Shown here piece by piece: positions 50,379 to 58,552 of a stretch of 64,000 bases of DNA. The stretch's first letter is position 1; each line of letters starts with the position of its first letter. A model generated the notes under the pieces. That model ran no database searches. It saw only the letters and a list, made by a program, of their open reading frames with translations, and was not told the origin of the DNA. The position numbers were made by a program, and so were the translations under genes. This DNA is from Leptospiraceae bacterium (lineage in GTDB: Bacteria; Spirochaetota; Leptospiria; Leptospirales; Leptonemataceae): positions 96,001-160,000 of the forward strand of contig JAVJNR010000008.1 in NCBI GenBank assembly GCA_040217195.1. The letters run 5' to 3'.

Positions 50379-51551
50379 TCAGGGCGAATCCCCGGCCAGT
50401 AGAGATTCTGTGTAGATTGCAATTCCCCGCGGTCCGTTGCCAGTGGATACCAGTCCATTGGAAGTTAAGATACCGGTGGATCCAATGGAAAACATATTGA
50501 TGTTGTCCGGCGTAGAATTGGAGACGTAGACGTATCGACCGGTGGGATCGATGTCCATATGAATGGAGCCTGAGCCCCCCGTAGGTACAGAATTTGGGGA
50601 ATTATCGCTTAGCTGCCCATCGGCTGCTATGTTATACATTCGCACAGTTAGAGCTCCGGACTGCCAGCAATTTACAAATAGGTATCTGGATTGTGCGTCC
50701 ACCACTACTTCGGCAGGCCATGTATCTGTGCCCACCGTGGCCGGAGATAGGGGAGTCAGCGCTCCGGATGAGCTATTTACGCTGAACATCCGCACCAGAT
50801 TGCTGCTCTGGCTGGTAACATATAGATACTGTAAATCACCGGTGAGGGTCAGTCCATTTGGCTGCGAACCTCCGGTGCTGGCGCTTCCAATGTAGGTTAA
50901 AGCCCCGCTGGTTATGGTATGAATGCGAATCTCGGATCCGCTGGAGCATAGTGCATAGAGATAGTTGCCATTTGGATGAATTTCCAGTTCCCGTGCTGCA
51001 CCGCAGCCAGCAAGGCTACTGGAAAATGTCCACTGGCCGGTGGAAGGATCGATATCATAGATCTCAATTTGGGCCGTAGCATTAAAACCCACATAACCGT
51101 ACAGACCGGAAGGATGAACCGCTATTGCAATGGGCTGACTGCCCGAAGTAGCTACATTAAATGGACTTAGCTGAGAAAGCTGGCCATCGCTTCCAATGCG
51201 AAACATGCTAATGTTATCTGCACTCTGGTTCGTGGCATATAGAAATTGTCCGTTGGGATGAATTATCGGATAGCCGGTATTGGCTCCTCCGCTTGCAATA
51301 GTGGCTGGAGACAGGGCTGTCCAGACTCCAGTGGAATCATCCACGGAATACATTCCAATAGAAGCATCACCCTGATTGGCAACATAAGCGTATTTAAGCA
51401 CTGTGGTGTTACTCAAAGCGGCGCCCAGCAGAAGCAGACTGGAAAAGTCTTTCTCGTTTTCATTTCCAGTTAGTCCGAAATCGAAAACCGGATGCAAAAC
51501 GCATTGTGGTAACAGAAATGCAGATAGAATAATGGAAAGATAGATCTTCAG
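50379..51551 (-). CDS. Lactonase-family beta-propeller lipoprotein; probable CTG start at 51551
   Basis: Repeats 'IHPNGQFLY', 'VHPSGLYGY', 'IDPTGRYVY'; in-frame extension past TTG 51497 gives signal KIYLSIILSAFLLPQC with AGGAG 7 nt before CTG. Confidence 0.8.
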   Translation of the reverse strand: MKIYLSIILSAFLLPQCVLHPVFDFGLTGNENEKDFSSLLLLGAALSNTTVLKYAYVANQGDASIGMYSVDDSTGVWTALSPATIASGGANTGYPIIHPNGQFLYATNQSADNISMFRIGSDGQLSQLSPFNVATSGSQPIAIAVHPSGLYGYVGFNATAQIEIYDIDPSTGQWTFSSSLAGCGAARELEIHPNGNYLYALCSSGSEIRIHTITSGALTYIGSASTGGSQPNGLTLTGDLQYLYVTSQSSNLVRMFSVNSSSGALTPLSPATVGTDTWPAEVVVDAQSRYLFVNCWQSGALTVRMYNIAADGQLSDNSPNSVPTGGSGSIHMDIDPTGRYVYVSNSTPDNINMFSIGSTGILTSNGLVSTGNGPRGIAIYTESLLAGDSP

Positions 51552-51869
51552 AGCCTGACTCCTGAACTAAGATTGAAACCTCTACTATTGAATCGTCACT
51601 TTCCATTCCTTCCACTATTTTTCCTGAAATCAGTGCCCCCTGGGGACCGCTTTCGACGGAATCGGTGTCTCATTAGAGCTGCACTACGATAATAGGACAT
51701 GGATCCGGGATGCTAATTCGCATTCAGCCACTTCATTCGACACTCAATGAACAATGCTGCATTCGAAATAAGATAAGCCCACATCTGGTATCCCGCTTCT
51801 CCGGGGCGATGCATGGTGCTGTCCAGGATACAGTGCATCTCATAGGAGCGGCTGCAATGCAATGGTGTG

Positions 51870-52195
51870 TCTACGTAGGGGACATTCGCTTTCCTGGCGA
51901 CAGAAACGCAGTAGAAAAAGCCATCCGACCATCCGTCGTAGGGCGAAAGAACTGGCTATTTTCTGGAAACGAGACAGGAGCCGCGGCCAGTCCTGCTAAG
52001 TCTTCGGTGTTACAAACCGCCCGAGCTAAGGGCCTGGACTCCTACTGGCATTTCGAGTATCTCCTCAAAAAAACTCCAGCATTCTCCGAGTCATTCGGAC
52101 CTGGAGGGACGGCTCCCACAGCAGATTCATCCTACAATTATTACCGAATATCAGAAGGGGCCCAGTTAGTCCAGAGGGGAGGGTTTGGCGCTTAC
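51870..52195 (+). pseudogene. IS66 remnant: 3' end of tnpC (frameshifted) plus terminal IR; left boundary approximate
   Basis: 'NAVEKAIRPSVVGRKNWLFSG'; +1 shift in the A7 run 52067-52073; ends in ...GGGTTTGGCGCTTAC. Confidence 0.88.
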
Positions 52196-52282
52196 TTACC
52201 CATTGGACTCTTACATCTCTGCTTGGACCATAATACTTTTGCCTGTACGCAACAATGCGCGCATTCTCTTCGCCCATTTGCC

Positions 52283-52588
52283 TCAATCACAATCTGCATA
52301 CATGGCCAGGTTCGTTGCATATGGTTGATCATCGGCGACTGCTACAAAACGTCCCTTTTCGTAAGTTACCGAAGTCCAGGGCTGAGCCACCGGAATGGAC
52401 CGTTGTGTCCATACTTTACCGTCCGGCGAAGTCAGAACAGCACTCTCGATTGCACCATCCATCAATGTGTAGCCAACAGCTACAAAGAGTCCGTCGCCGT
52501 AGGTGATGCCAGATACTCGCGTCGATTGCAAAACGGGGGACCCGATCTCTGTCCAGCTGCGACCGTCGTGTGACCAGGCTATAACCTC
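52283..52588 (-). pseudogene. 3' fragment of the IS66-disrupted beta-propeller lipoprotein
   Basis: In frame with 54901-55682 after removing the IS and one TSD; same 'TYG.G.FVAVG...SPDG..WT' repeats. Confidence 0.9.
52581..52588. repeat. IS66 target-site duplication ATAACCTC (left copy)
   Basis: Identical to 54901-54908. Confidence 0.95.
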
Positions 52589-52614
52589 GTAAGCGCCAAA
52601 TCCTCCCCTCTGGA

Positions 52615-54189
52615 CTAATTCTGCGCCTTCTGAAATTCGGATATGATGCTGGGATCAATCCGGTGCGGAAGCAGCGCTTCAAGATCTGCGCGGCTCTGAG
52701 GATAGCTTAACTTTTCCAGCAGATACCTGAAATACCAGTAGGAGTCCAGGCCGTTTGCATGGGCCGTTTGTAAAACAGAATAGATGGCGGCACTGGCTGA
52801 AGCCCCCTTCTCATTGCCAGAGAACAGCCAGTTCTTTCGCCCTACGACAAACGGTCGGATGGCTCTTTCTACCGCATTATTGTCGATAGGAATGTGCGGC
52901 CGGCTCAGGTAGACCTCGAGCTTTTGCCTTTCACCCAGAGCATACTGAATGGCCTTGCCGAGAGGACTGGACGGAGTAATCTCTGCTTCCAGTTTAACAA
53001 GCTTCCGAAAAAGGAACTTAAACAGCCGAGCGGACTTGAGTCTGCGAAAATGCAGGATTTCTTCAGCTGTGGCATTTTCTTCCTGCATGACTCTTTCGTA
53101 ATGGTACACTCGCCCAATGATTTTCAGAATGGACTCGGCATGGCCGGATCCACCGGCATCATAGGCTTCTTTGAACTTTCGCCGTGCATGAGCCCAGCAG
53201 CCTGCATGGATGATTCCATTTTCCCTGGCAAAGATGGCATAGGGTTCATGGCCATCGCTCAAAAGGGCGCCATTGTACCTTCGCAAGTTGTTGCGCAGGA
53301 CATCGGTGGAACGCCGGGGATCGTATCTGTAGATCAGTAATGGTCGATCCGGTGGACCGGACTTAAAGAGCCACATATAGGATTTCGCCCGGGCAGGGCG
53401 GCCGTTTTCATCCAGAACCTGTAAAGTGGTTTCATCCGCTGCCACAAAATCGCTGGAAAGAAGATCCTTTCGCATAAGAACGAGCATGCGGGATAGCTTT
53501 CGGCCCACCTGAACGGCCCAGTTACACATCGTGGTCCGAGATAGTTCGACAGATAGGCGCTTAAAGATGCGTTCCAGGCGGTAGAAGGGCAGATGGTCAT
53601 CAAACTTGCTTACCAGAATGTAAGCCAGAAGTCCGGGAGAGGCGAAACTCCCTGGAATAATGTGATTTCTCGTAGCAGACAGTACTCCGGGCTTACTTTC
53701 ATCGGCAGTGCCTTCGCAGGATTTGCATGCATACTGACGATACACATGCTCTTTCACCACCAATTTGGCCGGGATGAGGTCCAGTTCCCTGCGTCGGTCT
53801 GGCTGGATTTCGGAAAGCTTCTCTCCGCAGGCACAGGTCTTCTGGGATTCGTCTATATCATGAATGATTTCTTCTACGGGCAGGTTATCCGGGATTGAGG
53901 CTTTCTTTTTCCTTTTTCGAGAATGACCTTTTACTTCGGTGCGCGGCTCTACCTCACTTTCTACAACCGAAGACTCTGCGCCTGTCTCTATCTCATTGAA
54001 GATCAGTTGCTGCGCTTTGTCTTCCTGGGTCCATTTTTCGGACTTGTGAGCAAATTGAAGTCGTTTCGCAAGCCTGAGTTCTTCTCGCAATACTGTATTC
54101 TCAGCTCGAACATTCTTGAGCGAGGTTTCGGCTGAACGCAGTTTAGCTTTTAGAGCTTCGTATTCTTCTATCGGAAGCGATACCGTCAC
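52615..54189 (-). CDS. tnpC: IS66 DDE transposase TnpC
   Basis: Leucine zipper, Zn ribbon CACG/CKSC, 'ADETT', 'SDG', 'CWAHARRKF', 'DNNAVERAIRP...GRKNWLF'. Confidence 0.96.
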   Translation of the reverse strand: MTVSLPIEEYEALKAKLRSAETSLKNVRAENTVLREELRLAKRLQFAHKSEKWTQEDKAQQLIFNEIETGAESSVVESEVEPRTEVKGHSRKRKKKASIPDNLPVEEIIHDIDESQKTCACGEKLSEIQPDRRRELDLIPAKLVVKEHVYRQYACKSCEGTADESKPGVLSATRNHIIPGSFASPGLLAYILVSKFDDHLPFYRLERIFKRLSVELSRTTMCNWAVQVGRKLSRMLVLMRKDLLSSDFVAADETTLQVLDENGRPARAKSYMWLFKSGPPDRPLLIYRYDPRRSTDVLRNNLRRYNGALLSDGHEPYAIFARENGIIHAGCWAHARRKFKEAYDAGGSGHAESILKIIGRVYHYERVMQEENATAEEILHFRRLKSARLFKFLFRKLVKLEAEITPSSPLGKAIQYALGERQKLEVYLSRPHIPIDNNAVERAIRPFVVGRKNWLFSGNEKGASASAAIYSVLQTAHANGLDSYWYFRYLLEKLSYPQSRADLEALLPHRIDPSIISEFQKAQN

Positions 54190-54231
54190 GCGAAGAATAT
54201 TATGTCTGCTTATCTGATTTGCAAGAAAAAA

Positions 54232-54579
54232 TCAGGATACACTTGAGTACTTCAGTTCACGGTGCGCACGAAAGAAATCTATACCGGCAAGTAACCACCT
54301 GAGCTCCTGCTGGCTCAATTCCCTGACTTCGGAGGACTCTCCAGGCCAGGGAAACCGATTCTCTTCCAGACGTTTCTGCCAGAGACAGAATCCATTGCGA
54401 TCCCAGTACAGAATCTTTAGAAGTCTCTTGCCATTGGAGAAAAGAAACAGATCTCCGTTCATGGAGGCTTTACCCATTTCCTGCTCCACCATTTGAGACA
54501 GTCCATTGATAGCCTTGCGCATGTCTGTTCGGCCGGGCCGAAGGTAGATCCTTACCTTCTCAATATCTGTGAAGATCAT
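54232..54579 (-). CDS. tnpB: IS66 accessory protein TnpB
   Basis: 'TDMRKAINGL', 'KILYWDRNGFCLWQKRLE..RFPWP'. Confidence 0.95.
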   Translation of the reverse strand: MIFTDIEKVRIYLRPGRTDMRKAINGLSQMVEQEMGKASMNGDLFLFSNGKRLLKILYWDRNGFCLWQKRLEENRFPWPGESSEVRELSQQELRWLLAGIDFFRAHRELKYSSVS

Positions 54580-54842
54580 CCCCTGTGTACCTCGATGGTA
54601 ATTTCTCCATCTGGCGCAATGCGGATCTGAATCGTTGGATCTGAAGCTTTTAGAGCTGGTAGAGCTATGAAGTCTTTTTTCTTACCTGAGCTTGCCGGGA
54701 CCGCACTGCTAAATCTCTTTACCCAGCGGCCAAAACTACGATCATTCAGCCCATTCTGCCGACTGAATTCTGCGATGGATAACCCGCTGCTCTTCCACTT
54801 CTCGTAACGCTCTTGCCAGATTTCTCTACTTTCACCTGTCAT
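54576..54842 (-). CDS. tnpA: IS66 accessory HTH protein TnpA
   Basis: 'WKSSGLSIAEFSRQNGL...FGRWVKR'; ATGA overlap with tnpB. Confidence 0.9.
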   Translation of the reverse strand: MTGESREIWQERYEKWKSSGLSIAEFSRQNGLNDRSFGRWVKRFSSAVPASSGKKKDFIALPALKASDPTIQIRIAPDGEITIEVHRG

Positions 54843-54900
54843 GTAAGGAAGCTTACCATGGCCTCTCCTGAACCGGAAGGTGGGAGGATTTGGCGCTTAC

Positions 54901-54908
54901 ATAACCTC
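54901..54908. repeat. IS66 target-site duplication ATAACCTC (right copy)
   Basis: Identical to 52581-52588. Confidence 0.95.
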
Positions 54909-55682
54909 ATCGCCAACGGCAACAAATACTCCCTTACCATATACGATATCCCAGAATTTCGGGGATTGTGGGAGCCCCGAAGAGGAGCTTTCCCAGGTCA
55001 TTCCGTCGAGCGAGGTGATTTGGGTGTCATTGGAAGGAAAAACACCGCCAACACCGACGTAAATACCATTCCCGTATGTTACGGCCGACCAACCATTGTT
55101 TTCGCCCGTAGATCTCCTGGTCCAGAAAAGTCCGTCTGGAGAAGTAAGCACACCTGTCGATCTTCCAAGTGCAACAAACTGTCCATTTGCGTACACGATC
55201 GATTCCCACGCCGGAGCAGTATTGCCGTCTGCCTCCGATACGATCGCTGTCCAGACAGCGCCATCGAGGGAGATCATGACGCGATTCGTACCGGTCCGGG
55301 ATATGGCCACCAGCAGATTGTTGCCCGAGGCAATGTCACTCCATTCATTTAGCGGCCCGGCCTGGCGAGTTGTCCAGTGGAGGCCATTCGGAGAAGTCAT
55401 GATCCGATTGGTACCCTTATCGCCCACGACTATATACTGATCCATCGCAAAATGGACGGACTCCCATGAGTTGACCTCTGGAATCTCCACCGTTTTGAAA
55501 TTGAGTTTCGAATTAGAACAGCGATCGCTCGAATTGTCGCCCTCGCCAAGCAATGCCAGGATAAGCGGTCCCAGATCTTCGGCTGGCTTCTGGCATCCGG
55601 CGAGCAGGATCGACAGGGTCAGAATGGATAGAGGAAAAATCCTCCGCGGTGATTGGGTAAAAAATGTATGGGTCTTCATCAT
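54901..55682 (-). pseudogene. 5' fragment of the IS66-disrupted BNR/Asp-box-like beta-propeller lipoprotein
   Basis: Lipobox LAGC; repeats 'W..V.Y..G.FVA.G...SPDG..WT.R'; truncated at the IS end. Confidence 0.9.
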
Positions 55683-55750
55683 AGATTCCGCCTGGGCTTC
55701 AGATGGGTTCTCTGAGTGTATTTTTTGGGCTGCATAAAGGAGCCGGTTCT

Positions 55751-55780
55751 AGCGTACTGACTGGGCGGCCAGTCAGTCAA
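55751..55780 (-). promoter_or_regulatory. Sigma70-like promoter overlapped by a 9-bp inverted-repeat operator
   Basis: Minus strand TTGACT-N18-TACGCT; dyad ACTGACTGG-GCGG-CCAGTCAGT at 55756-55777; ~70 bp upstream of the lipoprotein start. Confidence 0.6.
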
Positions 55781-56191
55781 ATCCTTTTCCCCGGGTTAAG
55801 GAAAAAAATGCAATGGCCGGATGGAAAAACCGCTGCTCGAGTATTGCTCACAGGCTCCGGAGCTTACCATTGGGCCTCAAACAGACGGTGCTGAAGAATA
55901 ACCAGGGAAATTGGAAAGACGGTAGATAGATTTGCCTGGAGTAGGCAGGGGATTTTTTTATTTGGCCAGGGCCAGGGCCAAGACCAGGGGCAGCGGCGAC
56001 GGGGAGAGGACTTTCTGGCGACACCCCCGGCATCCTATGCATACGTTCCGTAGCAGGCAGGTCGGACGGGCTCTAATGACCTAAAAAATTAGAGGCGCTG
56101 CCGGTAGCGTTGGCAAGGAAGGTTCAGAGGAGTGGAATCGTGCGATTCCTGTCTCCCCTGTCTTCAGTGGCTGGTATGGATTCCTGCTGAT

Positions 56192-57268
56192 TCACTGATG
56201 GGCCGGTTTTTGCGCCATGGCTCCCAGAAAATTCCAGTGAGCGGCCAGGGCCTTTCGCACGGAAGGAAAGCGATTGTATCGGATAGAAAACTCTTCGCAG
56301 GTTTCTTTTACGATTTTGCTGATAGCCGGATAATGAACATGGCAGATTCGAGTAAATAGATGGTGCTCGATTTGAAAGTTCAGTCCTCCCAGATACCAGG
56401 TGGCCAGCACATTGTTTGGTGCGAAATCGGCGGTGGTTTGAACCTGGTGCACGGCCCAGTCCTGGGGTAATTCACCGGAGTCCTCATTGGCCTGCGGAAA
56501 TCCAGTGGCAGGAGTGGTATGAGCCAGCTGAAAAACTACGGCCAGGGTAACGCCAGTTACCATGTGAACGGCCAGAAAACCCAGCAGAACATATAGAACC
56601 GGATGAAAATACAGAGGGATGAAAAGTGCGTAGGAGAAATAGAAAAGCTTTGTAAGGAAAAACAGTATCTTGTCTCGAAGGGACGTTGCAGGTATCCGGT
56701 GTGCGCCGATCTGACCGGTGAATAGCTTTTTGAAATCTGTATAACCCAGCCAGTAAATGGTAAGCAGGCTGTACAGCGGAAGTGCATACCAGCGCTGAAA
56801 TCGATGCCAGGGTTTATGCGGCTGATGGGGGCTCAGTCTTAGAAGCCCTCCTGTATCGATGTCATCGTCCAGTTCGCCTACGTTTGTATAAGTATGATGA
56901 AGAACATTGTGCTTTTGCTTCCACATCTGGCTGCTTGCGCCAATCAGTTCCAGGGTCCAGCTCAATGAACGATTAATCCATTTGTTGCTACTGAAGCTGC
57001 CATGGTTGGCATCATGCATGATGTTAAATCCCACCAGAACAAATCCCTGGGCCAGTGCAAAACCGGCCAGAACAGCGATGATCAAGTTACTGGAAAAAAA
57101 GACCAGAACTACATAGGAAGCCACAAGCCATCCAAGAATCAGGGCTGCTTTCAGGTAGATGGAGGCAGTTGCAGTTTTCTTTTTGCTGTTTTTCTGAAAG
57201 TATTCATCCACTCGTTGCTTCAGGGTTGGATAGAAGGTTCCGCTGCGTGGAAAGGTGGTTCGAGTCAT
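56192..57268 (-). CDS. Acyl-CoA / fatty acid desaturase
   Basis: His boxes HDANH, HNVLHH, QIEHH; GGAGG SD. Confidence 0.93.
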   Translation of the reverse strand: MTRTTFPRSGTFYPTLKQRVDEYFQKNSKKKTATASIYLKAALILGWLVASYVVLVFFSSNLIIAVLAGFALAQGFVLVGFNIMHDANHGSFSSNKWINRSLSWTLELIGASSQMWKQKHNVLHHTYTNVGELDDDIDTGGLLRLSPHQPHKPWHRFQRWYALPLYSLLTIYWLGYTDFKKLFTGQIGAHRIPATSLRDKILFFLTKLFYFSYALFIPLYFHPVLYVLLGFLAVHMVTGVTLAVVFQLAHTTPATGFPQANEDSGELPQDWAVHQVQTTADFAPNNVLATWYLGGLNFQIEHHLFTRICHVHYPAISKIVKETCEEFSIRYNRFPSVRKALAAHWNFLGAMAQKPAHQ

Positions 57269-57529
57269 TATTGTCCTCCGGCAAGATCTGTATTTCAGTC
57301 TGGACCAGGAATTCAGTGGTTCGAACCGTAGGCTGACATTCCAGGTGCAGGCGATTTGAAAATACAGACTTCTGCGCCAATATGGTCCATTTTGCAGCTC
57401 CGACCCTGATCCAATGATCTGTGGGGGCCGGGCCAGAATGATCCAGTGGATAAGACCGATTCCGGGCTTTCGGGTTGCAAAAAAAATATTGCGGAGTCTG
57501 GAGGTTTCAGGGCGGTTTGGTGCTGTTTT

Positions 57530-58234
57530 TTAGAAGCTTTCCATTTCCCGGTGATAGAGCTGAGTCAGTTCCTGGATTAAACGATCCGCATCTCTAAAGC
57601 GCAGTCCTTTCGTAGGAATGGCCGGCAACACCTTCACATGATGAGTGCCGCCTTTTAGAATCCTTTTCTCTGGATTCACCAGATGGCCCATGTCCTGGTT
57701 GACGATGGGCACGATGGGAGCTTGAGCCGCGATGGCCATGATGAAAGCACCCTTTTTGAATTCTCCCAGGCCTTTGCCCTTGCTTCTAGTTCCTTCCGGG
57801 AAAATCCACAGATGGCGCCCTCGTTTCTTGATTGCATTTGTGGCATCTGTGACTGCCTTTTTTGCGCCGGAGGCATCTTCGCGATCCACAAGGATGTTAT
57901 CCGAGGCCAGAAGAATGATACCGAACAGTGGAACTTTGAGCATTTCTCTTTTAGCAAGCACCACGGTATTTCTGGGATACATACTGCCCATGAAGAATGC
58001 ATCCAGATTGGACTGATGATTGACCATTAGAACGGATGGCTCGGAGGACATGGATTCCAGGCCTTCTACGCGAACTTTGATTCCAAGGATTCGCATACCC
58101 ACTCCGCCCAGGAGTCGGGCGTATAGCCAGGCACTGAAGGGCCGACCCCAGGTAACCAGGCTGATCAAAAATACCAGAAGGGTGACTATGCCGGCCCAGA
58201 TTCCGGCGAAAAGCATTCTAATTCTATAGTTCAT
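57530..58234 (-). CDS. plsC: 1-acyl-sn-glycerol-3-phosphate acyltransferase
   Basis: 'NHQSNLD', 'IFPEGTRS', 'FKKGAF'. Confidence 0.9.
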   Translation of the reverse strand: MNYRIRMLFAGIWAGIVTLLVFLISLVTWGRPFSAWLYARLLGGVGMRILGIKVRVEGLESMSSEPSVLMVNHQSNLDAFFMGSMYPRNTVVLAKREMLKVPLFGIILLASDNILVDREDASGAKKAVTDATNAIKKRGRHLWIFPEGTRSKGKGLGEFKKGAFIMAIAAQAPIVPIVNQDMGHLVNPEKRILKGGTHHVKVLPAIPTKGLRFRDADRLIQELTQLYHREMESF

Positions 58235-58552
58235 ATGTTTTTCTCGAGCTCACCGTTTATCCACCGGGCCTTCAGTCAGCCGGGCACAGTATATCGATCA
58301 TTGCAGGGGCTGGCAAGAACATTGGGAAATTAAGGGGAGTGGGTTAATTGATCGTTCGTGAATCTCGGGACGTACAGTTGGCTCCTGGAGAGGCGTTGCC
58401 TGTGGCAGGGGACAGGGCTGATTGCTTCCAGGGAGGTTGGCCCATTAGCTTGTAGGAGGTCGGGGGATCGCGGGCAGTACTAGGGTACGATTGTGTGGTC
58501 TCCATGGTGAAGTATAAAAAGCGCTGGTATTAATGTTACTTAATAATAAATA

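Larger units (their letters stand above)
52589..54900 (-). mobile_element. Intact IS66-family insertion sequence, 2312 bp
   Basis: 19-bp perfect TIR GTAAGCGCCAAATCCTCCC, 8-bp TSD, tnpA-tnpB-tnpC. Confidence 0.97.

Noticed and set aside
51710..52573. 287-aa plus-strand ORF as a real gene
   Set aside because: Chimeric read-through: IS66 tnpC remnant, then out-of-frame sequence, then the antisense of the lipoprotein 3' fragment
55860..55880. CTTACCATTGG resembling the flank of the IS remnant (52195-52206)
   Set aside because: Short, needs an indel, and has no accompanying TIR
57401..57415. CCCTGATCCA as an att copy of the tRNA-Ile 3' end
   Set aside because: Only 9/10 nt match, which is expected by chance
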